Counted from the stretch's first letter, positions 20,701 through 31,146 are shown. The stretch: DNA of 64,000 bases from Treponemataceae bacterium (GCA_963667725.2 CAXXHO010000005.1:640001-704000); one strand, 5' to 3'. The notes: generated by a model not told the origin, from the sequence alone. Numbers and translations are program-made.

Positions 20701-21003
20701 CTTGGGCCTCGTAAAAGGCGCCACGCGCAGAACCCTGTAGCCCGTCCCGGAAAGCGAAAACTCGAACTCCACCGTCGGCTTGTCGCCAAGCTTCGCGAAA
20801 TCCGACACAAGCTCGGCCTCGAAACCCTTCCGGGCGCCCGGCGCCTGGCCGAACAGCGCGTAAGTGATGGCGTCGAAAAGCGTGGACTTGCCCGAGCCTG
20901 TCTTTCCGCAGATGAGGAAGAATTCTCCCAATCGGGTAAAATCGATCTCGGCCCTATCGCGATAGGGCCCGATGTTTTCCAGGGCGAGCCTAATTGGACG
21001 CAT
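17740..21003 (-). CDS. sbcC: SbcC/Rad50-like SMC ATPase
   Basis: GKTGSGKS, LLPQGDF, central CPVCGS zinc hook, LSGGEKF, DEGFGSLD. Confidence 0.92.
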   Translation of the reverse strand: MRPIRLALENIGPYRDRAEIDFTRLGEFFLICGKTGSGKSTLFDAITYALFGQAPGARKGFEAELVSDFAKLGDKPTVEFEFSLSGTGYRVLRVAPFTRPKRGGGLTEVPPAAAFFAADAAYPGGWRVLADGVRDANEKISKLIGLSADEFSKIILLPQGDFQKFLEMESTERSQVLEKLFPVGLHERITEIAKARTQGARLELSVLDAEISRLEAELGEDPDARLAALREELETVLGLEAGAMGEAAARERALEREKERAARVAKAQDAAKALAALEDRGAAEDSRAARLGLAKAAASAAPFALAFSKAKAAALDLSGRVALLSEELRVLAAARPELDARRARIGECASLIQAKRQEVFGLGKAMEVWKRRAEALEVCAGAEKLSLELDGRYASEVAGVDAVKREIEALKPKPDEEALLRAELERRQSLSSGIAVVAELNKRRSTLFVDYAKANKSKREYEIAHRETVAAGEKVAADLAALEAAAAHSEAFHLAGSLLPGEPCPVCGSRDHPSPAALSVESGSPSFSDIESARARGARLSADSAGLAASLAHAGERLGEIGAALDALGAEMGESVEAVGAALSEAGIIPEEISRGDGGISSWAARLDEKATASFGMYLARFSRENAAALSEGRLLASRFEARRREAAGSEKILAQRAEVLEALRVQAEKARADLAAKKALLLEAERESGREDPTPRHAAALKALEALENEKTRLEAECSAWEENLATTKARSATIERERDASIASLWAEFSRLAESLSQEGFLQEDEKAAALALPSRGASALEAVLGEGCGGLGQVIALVQARLLPQGVLAAEERAVSTYRESLAAARALATSLEADLPLPGRELPDMASLEAALREAQAALDAARERSNTCRLSIGRLEETLARRSALLLQRDTLEAGSRSLYRLSELLRGEIPGKRLTFKNFVLAMYFREVTRRASVHLSRMSDGRYYLKPEEGPGVGSGRGKIGLGLRVLDSWTGLDRPTTTLSGGEKFLTSISLALGLADAIRDQNGGVSLDAVFIDEGFGSLDDETLDRAISVLDKIRGSRVIGIVSHVGALRSRIPACIVVEKTPVGSRLSQSALAPDEA

Positions 21004-22213
21004 CGGAAGCCTCCCTGGCCATGGCCTCGAAGAGGGCGACCATTCCCTCGGGAGGCGGCTCCCCCGTCATCTCGGCGTGAAAGGCGAGGAAATCATCCTT
21101 CGCGGTTTCCAGACGATCGGGAGCGCCGCGGCCGCCTCGCGCGCGCCGCAGCGCGTCCAGAGCTGCATCGCCATCCCCAGCGTCGCCCCAGCGCAGCTCG
21201 AAAGCCCGCTGCGGCGCGCCCAGGAGCCGCGGATACAGCGCCTTCAGCCTCTCCCCCGCGTTCAGCACCGGCTCCTCGTCGCAGAGATACACCTCGATAT
21301 AGTCGTCCCGATCCGCCTCGGGCAGGGGATTCGCTACAAGCTCGTCGAAAAAGCCCGAAAGACGGCGTACCTGCCGCTTGGGCGTGAGGGGCATCGACTC
21401 GATGCGCGGCGCCTTGCCCGCCAGGACCTCCACCGAAAGAAAACCCTTTACCTTCCCTGCCTCCCCCACCGAATAGGCGAGGGGCGCTCCGCAATACCAG
21501 ACATGAGGCGCCGGGCTCTGCTCGGAATGGAGATGGCCCAGGGCGACATAGTCGAAGCCCTCGAAGAGACCGCAGTCGACCTGCTCCGCCGCGCCCAAAA
21601 AGGCCAGCTCGCTGTCGCCCGCGAGAGCGCCCGAGGCGAAACAGTGCGCCACGAGGACATTCGCCGCGCCAGGCTCCAATTTTGAACGGATCGAGGCCAT
21701 CGCCAGCCTCATCAGCTCCTGCTGGGAGCGAATCGAAACGGGCGCTTCCCCGTCACCTGTGCCGCCCCCGTCGCCGATAGCGGCCAACTCTCCCCAATTC
21801 GCGCTCATCTGGGTCAGGAAGGGCAGGGCCCAGACGGCGACGCGTCCCGCGCCTTCCCCGACGACGAAGGCCGGCGAGCCTTCCATCCGCGTGGCGATGC
21901 AAAGCCCCGAATCGGCCAGGAGGGAGGCGCCGAAGGAAAGCCTCCCCGCCGAATCATGATTCCCCGACAGCACCACGATGCGCAGACCGGGCGCCGCCCT
22001 GCGGGCGGCGCCCAGAAAAGCGTCGAAAAGATGTATGGCCTCGACGGGTGGGATCGCCCTGTCGTAGATATCGCCCGCTATGAGGAGGGCGTCGGGCTTC
22101 AGCTCCCCGATCTTCGCGACCACCTGATCGAGAATATACGCCTGATCGTCGAGGAGATCGTAGCCGTGGAGCGTCTTGCCGAGGTGGAGATCGGAGAAGT
22201 GAAAAAATCTCAT
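20990..22213 (-). CDS. sbcD: SbcD/Mre11-like nuclease
   Basis: HFSDLHLG, AGDIYD, GNHDS, ALGHLH. Confidence 0.92.
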   Translation of the reverse strand: MRFFHFSDLHLGKTLHGYDLLDDQAYILDQVVAKIGELKPDALLIAGDIYDRAIPPVEAIHLFDAFLGAARRAAPGLRIVVLSGNHDSAGRLSFGASLLADSGLCIATRMEGSPAFVVGEGAGRVAVWALPFLTQMSANWGELAAIGDGGGTGDGEAPVSIRSQQELMRLAMASIRSKLEPGAANVLVAHCFASGALAGDSELAFLGAAEQVDCGLFEGFDYVALGHLHSEQSPAPHVWYCGAPLAYSVGEAGKVKGFLSVEVLAGKAPRIESMPLTPKRQVRRLSGFFDELVANPLPEADRDDYIEVYLCDEEPVLNAGERLKALYPRLLGAPQRAFELRWGDAGDGDAALDALRRARGGRGAPDRLETAKDDFLAFHAEMTGEPPPEGMVALFEAMAREASDASN

Positions 22214-22288
22214 GGGACTAGAATGCGGCGATGAAGCGCCGCAGGTCAAGGGAAATCCGCCGCCGGGGCCGCCGGCCCCGCCCCGCCG

Positions 22289-23158
22289 CTATTCGAACAG
22301 CTCCCCCAGCCACTCTACGCAGAGATACATCCAGGACGAAACATGAGGGTCGGGCTCCTTGCCCTCGACGCTCGTCTCCTCGGTGGCGAGCGAAAGCCCG
22401 TGGACCCCCTCGGGATAAACATGGTATTCGAAGGGAACGCCCGCGCGCCTCAGGGCGCCGGCGAAGAGAAGACTGTTTTCGAGCGGCACGGCCTCGTCAG
22501 CGTAGGTATGCCAGAGAAAGGTGGGCGGCGTCTTTTCGTTCACGTGCAGCTCCAGCGACACCTCCTCGAGCGCCTGAGGATCGGCCTTAGGCCCGAGGAG
22601 ATTCTCGAAGGAACCCCTGTGCGCGAAAGGACCGGAGCTGACGACAGGATAGCCCAGGATGAGGGCGTCGGGACGGTTCAGCCCCGGCTCGATCCCCTTC
22701 AGCGCCGCCGTGCCGCCGGGAGCGTTAAGCGACAGAGGATTGTCCCAGTAGACCCCCAGGCTCGCCGCGAGATGGGCGCCGGCCGAAAAACCGCAGAGGG
22801 CGATACGCCCGGGATGGATCATGTAAGCGTCCGCGCGCTTCCGGAGCATGCAGAGCGCCTTCGAAACGTCGAGAAGGGCGAGCGGGTAGCGCCTGGGCGC
22901 GACGCTGTAATGCAGGACGAAGGCGTGATAGCCGGCCGCGTTGAACTGCAGGGCCACCGGCTCGGATTCCCTCGGGGAGAGGAAACCGTATCCCCCGCCC
23001 GGACAGATCAGGACGGCCGCCCGTTTTTTGTTGCCGTCCAGGACATAGGTATCGATGACGGGAGCGAAACCATCGCCCATGTCGCCGCCGTATTCGCCCC
23101 TGCCCCATACATCGATCGTCTCGTGAATCATCGCCAGACTCCTTGCGTCTTTCATCAT
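22289..23158 (-). CDS. Alpha/beta hydrolase (acetyl esterase/lipase type)
   Basis: CPGGGY, GFSAGAH nucleophile elbow, DEAVP, HGL. Confidence 0.88.
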   Translation of the reverse strand: MMKDARSLAMIHETIDVWGRGEYGGDMGDGFAPVIDTYVLDGNKKRAAVLICPGGGYGFLSPRESEPVALQFNAAGYHAFVLHYSVAPRRYPLALLDVSKALCMLRKRADAYMIHPGRIALCGFSAGAHLAASLGVYWDNPLSLNAPGGTAALKGIEPGLNRPDALILGYPVVSSGPFAHRGSFENLLGPKADPQALEEVSLELHVNEKTPPTFLWHTYADEAVPLENSLLFAGALRRAGVPFEYHVYPEGVHGLSLATEETSVEGKEPDPHVSSWMYLCVEWLGELFE

Positions 23159-23208
23159 ACATCAAAACGACGATGGTGCCAGCCCGATATTCATTGTACA
23201 ATTCCGCC

Positions 23209-23961
23209 ATGCTGCGCCTGCTGATCATCGACGACGAAGCCGCCATCAGGGCGGGAATCTCGGCCTACTTTCCCTGGGCGAGCCTCGGCATAGAGGTCGC
23301 GGCCACCTGCCAGGACGGCCTCGAAGCCCTCGCCGCGATGGAAACGACGAAATTCGACCTCGTCCTCTGCGACATCAGGATGCCCCGAATGGACGGCATC
23401 GCCTTCGCCGAAAAAGTGCGGGAACGCGGATACCCCTGCGACATCGTCTTCATAAGCGCCTACAAGGACTTCGCCTACGCCAAGAAAGCCATAGAACTAG
23501 GCGCCAGGGAATACATCGTCAAGCCGGCGGGCTACGAGGAACTCAACGAAGTCTTTTCGAAAATAGTGAAAGAACGCGCCGCCACCGCCCATCCCGACAG
23601 CCCCGCCCAGCCGGCCAGCCTGGCCGAGCGTACCCTGCGGATCTTCCGGCAGGACCTCGCCGACATCTGCCTCTCCTCTATCGCCGTAAAACTGAACATG
23701 AGCCCGAACTACCTGAGCGCGAAACTGCACCAGGAAACGGGCAGGACCTTCTCCGAACTCCTCCTGGACGCGCGGATGAAGGAGGCCGAACGCCTCCTCG
23801 CCGACCCCGCCAACCGCGTCGGCGCCATAAGCGCCCTCGTCGGCTACGCCAACCCTAAAAGCTTCATCCGCGCCTTCAGGCTCTACTTCGGCTGCTCGCC
23901 CACGGCCTACCGCTACGCGGCCAGGCAGCCCTCCAATAACCGGCATTCCTCCGATGAATAG
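23209..23961 (+). CDS. Two-component response regulator, AraC/YesN type
   Basis: IIDDE, CDIRMPRMDG receiver domain; C-terminal AraC HTH. Confidence 0.9.
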   Translation: MLRLLIIDDEAAIRAGISAYFPWASLGIEVAATCQDGLEALAAMETTKFDLVLCDIRMPRMDGIAFAEKVRERGYPCDIVFISAYKDFAYAKKAIELGAREYIVKPAGYEELNEVFSKIVKERAATAHPDSPAQPASLAERTLRIFRQDLADICLSSIAVKLNMSPNYLSAKLHQETGRTFSELLLDARMKEAERLLADPANRVGAISALVGYANPKSFIRAFRLYFGCSPTAYRYAARQPSNNRHSSDE

Positions 23962-25765
23962 AAAAGCGCCAGCCTGGGATTCACCCGCCCTGTCCTTCCT
24001 GAAGAAACTCCTCCTCTCCCTCCTGCCCGTCGTCCTGCCACTCCTCATGCTCGGCTTCGCGGCCATCTACTTCGCCAACAGCTTCATCAGCAGGGAAACA
24101 GCCACAGCCACGAGCCGCCAGCTGGACAACCTGAAGGACATGGTCGACGTCACCATGTTCGAACTGGACGCCCTCAACCTCACCTTCAGCGTCAATGCCA
24201 AGATAATCTCCACCGTCGACGACCTCCTGAGCGGCAAATCCCTCGGCGTCGAGGAAGTCACCTTCGCCAAGACCCTCAACGACCTATTGAGCGCCCAGAG
24301 CAACGCCCGCCCCTACGTGGACTCAATCTACTTCTACCTCGACCGCTACCCCGAGCGCCTCCTCTCCGTGACCGACGGCATCATGCATATGGATACCTTC
24401 ATGGACACTGACTGGGTTAAAACCTACGAATCCTTCCCCGAAAACCAGCTCCTGTGGACAGAGACCAGGGAAGTCCGCCACTTCAGCTTCGAAACGACGC
24501 CCCTGCCCCTCTTCACCGTCTACCGCCGCCTCTACCCCGCCAGCCACGGGCGAACCGGCGTCATCGTGATGAACATCGAGAAGAGCCACTTCGACGAACT
24601 CATGTCCCGGGCCTCCCAGTTCGAAGGCCAGGAAGTCTACCTCCTCGACCAGAACGGCCGCCTCATCCTCTCGGCAGGCGACAGGCGGGAACTCAGCGCC
24701 CTCAGCAAGAAAATCCTCGGCGAAAACAGGGAGACCCTGGCCAAACAGGCCTACGAAGGCTCGTCCTACTATACCTATTCCTCGGCCACCTCCCGCTACG
24801 GCTGGCGCGTCGTTTCCATAATCCCCGCCTCGAGCCTGGAAGGCTTTTCCGTCACCCTGAAAAAACTCATCCTTTGGATGCTGGCCATCGCCCTCCTCAT
24901 AGGCGCGGCCATGACCCTCTCTATAGCCCGAAGGAACGCGCGTAGGGTGGAAGCCGTCACCGAACTCTTCAAAAAAGCCGAGCGGGGCGAGGAACTCCCC
25001 GAAAACCCGCCCCTCCTCCACGACGAATACGACTACATGGTGGAAACCCTCATCCACAGCTTCCTTACCCAGCGCTACGCCGGCCTGCAGCTCTCCGAAC
25101 GCCAGGCCCAGGCCAAGGTTCTCGAGCTCAAGGCCCTGCGCGCCCAGATGAACCCCCACTTTCTCTTCAACACCCTGGGATCCCTCTACTGGATGGTCTT
25201 CGGCACCGAAGGCAGGCCCTCGCCTGCCTCCTCCATGATCCAGGACCTCTCCGTCCTCCTTAAATACTCCCTCGAGGAAAGCGAGGAAGTCAGCCTGGCC
25301 GACGAAATAGCCGCGGCCAAACGCTATCTGTCCATCCAGCGCTTCCGCTACAGCGAAAAATTCCAGGCGCAGTGGGAAATCGAGGAGGAAGCCCTCGGCC
25401 GCAAGGTCGTCAAGTTTTTCCTACAGCCCCTCCTCGAGAACGCCATCTACCATGGAATACGAAACAAGGAAGGACAGGGCCTGATCCGCATTAGGGCCAC
25501 CGTGGACAGGAAGGGAGGCCTCCTCCTCGTCCGGGTGGAAGACTCTGGCGAGGGCATGGACGAGGCGCGCCTTTCAGAAGTCCGCGCCATGCTGAAGGCG
25601 GAAACTCAGTCGGGCGACCACATCGGCCTCCACAACACGAACCGGCACATAGGGCTCATCTTCGGAAGCCAGTACGGCATCGACATAGAAAGCGCCAACG
25701 GCCGAGGCACGTCGGTCAACGTCACTTTTCCCCTGATACCAGCGGCGCCGCCCATCGTTGATTGA
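23954..25765 (+). CDS. Sensor histidine kinase, YesM type
   Basis: LRAQMNPHFLFNTL, LQPLLENAIYHG, two TM segments. Confidence 0.92.
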   Translation: MNRKAPAWDSPALSFLKKLLLSLLPVVLPLLMLGFAAIYFANSFISRETATATSRQLDNLKDMVDVTMFELDALNLTFSVNAKIISTVDDLLSGKSLGVEEVTFAKTLNDLLSAQSNARPYVDSIYFYLDRYPERLLSVTDGIMHMDTFMDTDWVKTYESFPENQLLWTETREVRHFSFETTPLPLFTVYRRLYPASHGRTGVIVMNIEKSHFDELMSRASQFEGQEVYLLDQNGRLILSAGDRRELSALSKKILGENRETLAKQAYEGSSYYTYSSATSRYGWRVVSIIPASSLEGFSVTLKKLILWMLAIALLIGAAMTLSIARRNARRVEAVTELFKKAERGEELPENPPLLHDEYDYMVETLIHSFLTQRYAGLQLSERQAQAKVLELKALRAQMNPHFLFNTLGSLYWMVFGTEGRPSPASSMIQDLSVLLKYSLEESEEVSLADEIAAAKRYLSIQRFRYSEKFQAQWEIEEEALGRKVVKFFLQPLLENAIYHGIRNKEGQGLIRIRATVDRKGGLLLVRVEDSGEGMDEARLSEVRAMLKAETQSGDHIGLHNTNRHIGLIFGSQYGIDIESANGRGTSVNVTFPLIPAAPPIVD

Positions 25766-25910
25766 GCACCCTTTTCGTTGTTCGCGCTACCTTTCGCGGA
25801 AATTCGTGGTTTGGGCACCCCAATTCATAGCAGATAATCCCTATCGCGTATGAAAATACGGCTCTACCATCGAAGGGAACTTCCCTATCCGGGGAGCACA
25901 AGGAGGATCC

Positions 25911-27191
25911 ATGTTCAATAAAAGTTCGACCGGCAGATCCACGTTCGCCAAGATCGTGGCGATCGCGATGCTTTGTTTCGCCGTCGGCGGGGCTTTCGCC
26001 CAGAAGCAGACAACCATCCGCATGGCGTGGTGGGGCGGCGAAACCCGACACAAGGCCACCGTCGCCGCGGCCGAAGCCTTCATGAAGAAGTACCCCAACA
26101 TCACGGTCAAGACCGAATACCAGGGTTGGGAAGGCTACTACGACAAGCTCATCACCCAGCTCGCCGCGGGCACAGGCCCGGACATCTTCCAGTTCGCCAT
26201 AGCCTGGTTCGGCGACTTCCAGAAAAACCCCGAAATGTTCGCCGATATCAAGAAAGTCCCCGGCCTCGACATCGGCGGCTGGACACAGACCTCCTTCGAC
26301 TACTCCACCCTCGTCGGGAAGACCATAGGTCTCCCCCTCGGCGCCAACGGCCGCATCCTCGTCTACAACAAGACCCTGGCCGACAAGCTCGGCATAAAAA
26401 TCGACGGCTACCTGACCTGGGAAACCTTCGCCAAGACCATCAAGGAAGCCAGAGCCAAGGATCCCAGCGTCATAGGCTACTCCGGCACCATGGACCAGTA
26501 CGGCTACCCCCTCATCTCCTGGCTCGTGCAGAAGACGGGCAAGCCCTACATCTCAGCCGGCGCCGAATTCGGCTTCACCGAGAAAGACTTCGCCGAAGGT
26601 CTCGAAATGTTCAAAGGATGGTTCGCCGACGGCACCTTCCAGACCCTCGAGAAAACCGTTCTCCTGAAAGCCTCCTGGTCAGACCCCGACTGGCTCAACG
26701 GCAAGGTCCTCTTCAGCGAGACCCCCGTCACCCAGATCACCCAACACCTCAAATACAAATATGAGGTCGGCTTCACCCGCTATCCCGTCATCGCGGGCGC
26801 CAAGCTCACGGGCGTCGAGATCGGCCCGAACCTGATGTTCTGCGTCAACGCCAAAACGAAGGACATGGACGCCGTCGTCAAGCTCGCCAACTTCCTCAAC
26901 ACCGACCCCGAAGGCGCCAAGCTCATGGCCCTGGAGCGCGGCGTGCCGACGAACAAGCAGGCATACGACGTCCTCGTCAAGAACGGCATGATCGACAACG
27001 TCACGAAGATAGCCATGAAACTCATCGACGACACCGACACGGGCAAATTCTCCTACTTCGACCCCGTGGAAGTGCGCGACCTCCTCCACACCGCCCTCCA
27101 GCAGGTCGGCCTGAAAGGAAACGTGAGCGCCGACGCCGCGGCCAAGGAATTCTACACCAAGGCTTCCAAGGTCCTGAAGAACTTCAAATAA
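25911..27191 (+). CDS. Carbohydrate ABC transporter substrate-binding protein
   Basis: Signal peptide, MAWWGGETRH, YYDKLITQLAAGTGPDI. Confidence 0.88.
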   Translation: MFNKSSTGRSTFAKIVAIAMLCFAVGGAFAQKQTTIRMAWWGGETRHKATVAAAEAFMKKYPNITVKTEYQGWEGYYDKLITQLAAGTGPDIFQFAIAWFGDFQKNPEMFADIKKVPGLDIGGWTQTSFDYSTLVGKTIGLPLGANGRILVYNKTLADKLGIKIDGYLTWETFAKTIKEARAKDPSVIGYSGTMDQYGYPLISWLVQKTGKPYISAGAEFGFTEKDFAEGLEMFKGWFADGTFQTLEKTVLLKASWSDPDWLNGKVLFSETPVTQITQHLKYKYEVGFTRYPVIAGAKLTGVEIGPNLMFCVNAKTKDMDAVVKLANFLNTDPEGAKLMALERGVPTNKQAYDVLVKNGMIDNVTKIAMKLIDDTDTGKFSYFDPVEVRDLLHTALQQVGLKGNVSADAAAKEFYTKASKVLKNFK

Positions 27192-27276
27192 GCGACAGCG
27201 CTTTTCTTAGATGGCGCGAAGGCGGCCGCCCGACTGATCCACCAGAATCGGGGCGGCCGCCTTCGCCGGAGGATTC

Positions 27277-28164
27277 ATGAGTTCCCTGACCAAGCACAAC
27301 CGGGTGGCCTATCTCTATATCGCGCCCTGGCTCATAGGTTTTTTCTGCCTCACCCTCGTCCCCTTCGTCTCTACCTTCGTCTTTTCCTTCACGGACTACT
27401 CCGTGCTGAGGCCGCCCACGTTCGTTGGCCTCGCCAACTACGTCAAAATGTTCACCGAAGACGACCTCTTCCCCAAATCCCTCTGGGTCACCACGAAGTA
27501 CGTCTTCATCTCCGTGCCACTCAAGCTCGCCTTCGCCCTTCTCGTCGCCATCATCCTGAACAAGAATATCAAGGGAATCGGCCTCTACCGAACCATTTAC
27601 TATATGCCGTCCATATTCGGCGGCAGCGTCGCCCTCTCCATCCTCTGGCGCATGCTCTTCCAGGGCGACGGCTTCATCAACCGCCTCCTCGCCACGGTGG
27701 GAATCATGGGCCCCGACTGGCTGGGCGACCAGCGCTTTTCCCTCATCACGATAAGCCTCCTCCAGGTCTGGCAGTTCGGCTCCTCGATGGTCCTCTTCCT
27801 CGCGGCCCTCAAGCAGGTGCCCGAATACCTCTACGAGGCGGCCCGAATCGACGGGGCCGGCAAGCTGCGCATATTCCGCAGCATCACCCTGCCTCTCATA
27901 ACGCCCATCGTCTTCTTCAATCTCGTGATGCAGACGGTCAACGCCTTCCAGAGCTTCACGACGGCCTTCGTCATCACCTCGGGCGGGCCTCTCCACTCGA
28001 CCTACCTCTACGCCATCCTCCTCTACGACAACGCCTTCAAGTACTTCAAGATGGGCTACGCCTCGGCGCTGTCCTGGGTGCTCTTCATGATCCTCATGGT
28101 GGTCACCGGCTTCCTCTTTAAGTCCTCGTCGAGCTGGATGCACTACATGGATACGGAGAACTGA
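27277..28164 (+). CDS. Carbohydrate ABC transporter permease
   Basis: YLYEAARIDGA EAA loop; FVGLANY. Confidence 0.92.
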   Translation: MSSLTKHNRVAYLYIAPWLIGFFCLTLVPFVSTFVFSFTDYSVLRPPTFVGLANYVKMFTEDDLFPKSLWVTTKYVFISVPLKLAFALLVAIILNKNIKGIGLYRTIYYMPSIFGGSVALSILWRMLFQGDGFINRLLATVGIMGPDWLGDQRFSLITISLLQVWQFGSSMVLFLAALKQVPEYLYEAARIDGAGKLRIFRSITLPLITPIVFFNLVMQTVNAFQSFTTAFVITSGGPLHSTYLYAILLYDNAFKYFKMGYASALSWVLFMILMVVTGFLFKSSSSWMHYMDTEN

Positions 28165-28166
28165 GC

Positions 28167-28997
28167 GTGAAAAGAAAAAACAACCTGCTGACCTATATCG
28201 GCCTCAGCCTCTTCGCCTTCGTCATGATCTACCCCCTCATCTGGCTCGTGTTCTCGGCCTTCAAGGACACCCAGGAAATCCTGACGAGCGACAGGCTCTG
28301 GCCTTCCAGCTTCAGGCTCGACGGCTTCATCGAAGGATGGAAGGGCGAGGGCAGGCCGAAGTTCTCGGTCTTCATCTGGAACTCCATAACCCTGACCCTG
28401 CCGACCGTCATCCTCACCATCATCTCGGGCGTCCTCGTGGCCTACGGCTTCTCGCGCTTCAGCTTCAAGCTGCGCAAGCCCCTTTTCGCGATTATGATCG
28501 GCACCATCCTTCTGCCCAACACCGTCCTCCTCATCCCCCGCTACCTCATTTTCCGCAACATGGGCATGTTGGATTCCTACCTGCCTTTCTGGCTGACGGC
28601 CGCGGCGGGCGTCCCCTTCTTCATCTTCATGTTCGTGCAGTTTTTCCACGGCATTCCGCGCTCCCTGGACGAATCGGCCTATCTCGACGGCTGCGGTTCC
28701 TTCAGGATCCTCTGGTCCATCCTCATCCCGCTGCTGAAACCGGCCATCTTCTCGGCCGCCATTTTCCAGTTCATCTGGACCTGGGATGACTTCTTCCAGT
28801 CCCTCATCTATATTTCAAGCGTGGACAAGTACCCCGTGACCCTCGGCCTCAGGCTCTCGATCGACGCGATGGGCATTCCGCCCTGGAACCAGATCGCCGC
28901 CATGTCAGTGGTGGCCATCCTGCCCTCCGTCCTCATTTTCTTCGCGGCGCAGAAGTACTTCGTGGAGGGCATCGCCACCTCGGGCCTGAAAAATTGA
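28167..28997 (+). CDS. Carbohydrate ABC transporter permease
   Basis: LDESAYLDGC EAA loop; QKYFVEGIATSGLK. Confidence 0.92.
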   Translation: MKRKNNLLTYIGLSLFAFVMIYPLIWLVFSAFKDTQEILTSDRLWPSSFRLDGFIEGWKGEGRPKFSVFIWNSITLTLPTVILTIISGVLVAYGFSRFSFKLRKPLFAIMIGTILLPNTVLLIPRYLIFRNMGMLDSYLPFWLTAAAGVPFFIFMFVQFFHGIPRSLDESAYLDGCGSFRILWSILIPLLKPAIFSAAIFQFIWTWDDFFQSLIYISSVDKYPVTLGLRLSIDAMGIPPWNQIAAMSVVAILPSVLIFFAAQKYFVEGIATSGLKN

Positions 28998-30007
28998 AAA
29001 ACGCCGAAGCCGCCCTGGCGGGCTATGTCGCCGGCACCCTGGAAATCCTCGCGCCCTCTTCCTCCGCCATCCTTTTATCCAGAGCCGGCGAAAGGCTCGT
29101 GGAGCGCTACGATAGGGGACAGCGGCCCCAGTCGGCGGCGCCCGTCGACGCCGATTCGCTCTGGCCCTTCTGGTCCATATCGAAATCCTTCGCCGCGGCC
29201 CTCGTGGCGCGCCTCGCTATGCGGGGCGCCCTCGGCCTCGACATGGCGCTCTCGCGCGCCCTGCCAGAGTTCGCGGAGCGCGGGCCTGGGCCTTTCGACC
29301 GGAGGAAGGTGACCCTGCGCCATCTCATGAGCCACACATCAGGCTGCGCCGTTTCGGGCAGGATCGAGGACGGCGTGACCCTGGGGCCGACGCCCGACCT
29401 CTCCGCTATCCTCATCGCGACCGAGCCCGGCTCGGTTTTTGAGTATTCGTCGCTCGGCATGCACGTCATGGAGCGCTTCCTCGAAGCCCTAACGGGCTCC
29501 GACTACGGGGAGCTCCTTCGCAAGGAAGTGCTCGAGCCTTTCGGCTTGGGCAGCGTACGCTTTCTGCATGAAGGAGATCTTCGCGAGGGCAAGGGAGCCG
29601 CGGCGCTGCCCTGCCTCGACGGACAGATTGTGGCCTCCCAGCCGCGGCAGCGCTGCGGCCTGGGCCTCTACGGCACGGCCCGCGACCTTCTCGCCTTCGG
29701 GGAAGCCTGGCTCAGCCTCCGTGACGCCTCAGGCAAGCCTTGGTGCGACGCCGCCCTCAGAGACGAAATCTGGAGCCGGCACTCCACCCGAACCTCAGAC
29801 GAAAGCGACTACGGCCTCCTCTGGTGGCTCTTCGACGACCTGGGCGGACGCGTGGCCTCAGGCGCCTCATACAGCCTCTGCGCCCTCCTCCCGCGCGAAA
29901 ACATCGTCGCTGTGGTGGCCCGGAACCACTTCGGCCCTGGCCTAAAGCCCTTCGACTACCGAAGCGACAAGCGGCGCATCCTCGAACTCGCGCGCGCCTT
30001 CCGGTAA
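28994..30007 (+). CDS. Serine hydrolase, beta-lactamase-like (class C/esterase fold)
   Basis: SISK (SxxK), LRHLMSHTSG, FEYSS, YGLLWW. Confidence 0.8.
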   Translation: MKNAEAALAGYVAGTLEILAPSSSAILLSRAGERLVERYDRGQRPQSAAPVDADSLWPFWSISKSFAAALVARLAMRGALGLDMALSRALPEFAERGPGPFDRRKVTLRHLMSHTSGCAVSGRIEDGVTLGPTPDLSAILIATEPGSVFEYSSLGMHVMERFLEALTGSDYGELLRKEVLEPFGLGSVRFLHEGDLREGKGAAALPCLDGQIVASQPRQRCGLGLYGTARDLLAFGEAWLSLRDASGKPWCDAALRDEIWSRHSTRTSDESDYGLLWWLFDDLGGRVASGASYSLCALLPRENIVAVVARNHFGPGLKPFDYRSDKRRILELARAFR

Positions 30008-30115
30008 GCGCCGCTCCAATGAGCCAGTAAGCCGCTTCCAGACGCGGTTTCGCTAGGCGGTCACCCTGCCTGTATAGTACATTCAAGATATAATCGCTCA
30101 AACAATTCGAGGAGG

Positions 30116-31093
30116 ATGAATATGTTCTACAGAAGGCTTGGCTCGGCCGGCATAAAGGTATCGCTGCTTTCGCTCGGCTCATGGATAACCTACGGCACAC
30201 AGGTGGACATCGACGCGGCGGCCGACATGCTCAAGCTGGCATACGACAACGGCATCAACTTCTTCGACAACGCGGAAGTCTACGCGAAAGGTCAGTCGGA
30301 GACCATCATGGGCGCCGCCTTCCGCAAGCTGGGCCTGCGCCGCGGCTCCTACCTCGTCTCCACCAAACTGTATTGGGGCCTCAACGAAGGACCGAACGAG
30401 AAGAACACCCTCAACCGCAAATACCTTCTCGAGGCGATGGACGGCTCCCTCGATCGCCTCGGCATGGACCATGTCGACTTCGTCTACTGCCACAGGCCGG
30501 ACTCCGAAACCCCCATGGAAGAAACAGTCCGCGCGATGAGCGACATCGTTTCGGCAGGCAAGGCCTTCTACTGGGGCACGAGCGAATGGTCGGCGGAGCA
30601 GATACGCGAAGCCTGGCAGATCGCCGACAGGCGCAACCTCCACAAGCCGCAGATGGAACAGCCCAGCTATAACATGATCACCCGCACCAAGGTGGAAAAG
30701 GAATTCGCCCGCCTCTACGAGGGCATAGGCCTCGGCCTCACCACCTTCAGCCCCCTCGCGGCGGGCTTTCTCACCGGCAAATACAAGAACGGCATCCCGG
30801 AGGGTTCGCGTTTCTCCCTACCCGGCTACGACTGGCTGAGCGGCCGCTACATGAACGACAAATTCATCGCCTGCGTGGCCAAGCTCGAACCCATAGCCGC
30901 CGAACTCGGCTGCTCCATGAGCCAGATGGGCATAGCCTGGGTCGCCCGCAACCCCAACGTCTCCTCGGTGATCACCGGCGCCTCGAAGCGCGAGCAGCTC
31001 ATCGAAAACCTGGGCGCCCTCGAAGTCCTGCCCAAGCTCACGCCCGCCATCCTCTCGAGGATCGACGAGGCCATGAAACCGATACTGCAGTAA
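30116..31093 (+). CDS. Aldo/keto reductase (Kv-beta-like subfamily)
   Basis: [39 protein letters not shown]. Confidence 0.92.
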   Translation: MNMFYRRLGSAGIKVSLLSLGSWITYGTQVDIDAAADMLKLAYDNGINFFDNAEVYAKGQSETIMGAAFRKLGLRRGSYLVSTKLYWGLNEGPNEKNTLNRKYLLEAMDGSLDRLGMDHVDFVYCHRPDSETPMEETVRAMSDIVSAGKAFYWGTSEWSAEQIREAWQIADRRNLHKPQMEQPSYNMITRTKVEKEFARLYEGIGLGLTTFSPLAAGFLTGKYKNGIPEGSRFSLPGYDWLSGRYMNDKFIACVAKLEPIAAELGCSMSQMGIAWVARNPNVSSVITGASKREQLIENLGALEVLPKLTPAILSRIDEAMKPILQ

Positions 31094-31146
31094 ATCGCCC
31101 AACGCGCGGCAGCGGCGTCGCCGCCTTGGCCGCCGCCGCTTCGGTC

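Noticed and set aside
27216..27266. Strong hairpin between the sugar SBP and permease genes
   Set aside because: Ordinary intercistronic stem-loop common after SBP genes; unrelated to the repeat families
28994..30007. Antibiotic-resistance beta-lactamase call
   Set aside because: Only the fold motifs are visible (SxxK, YSS); operon context favours an esterase
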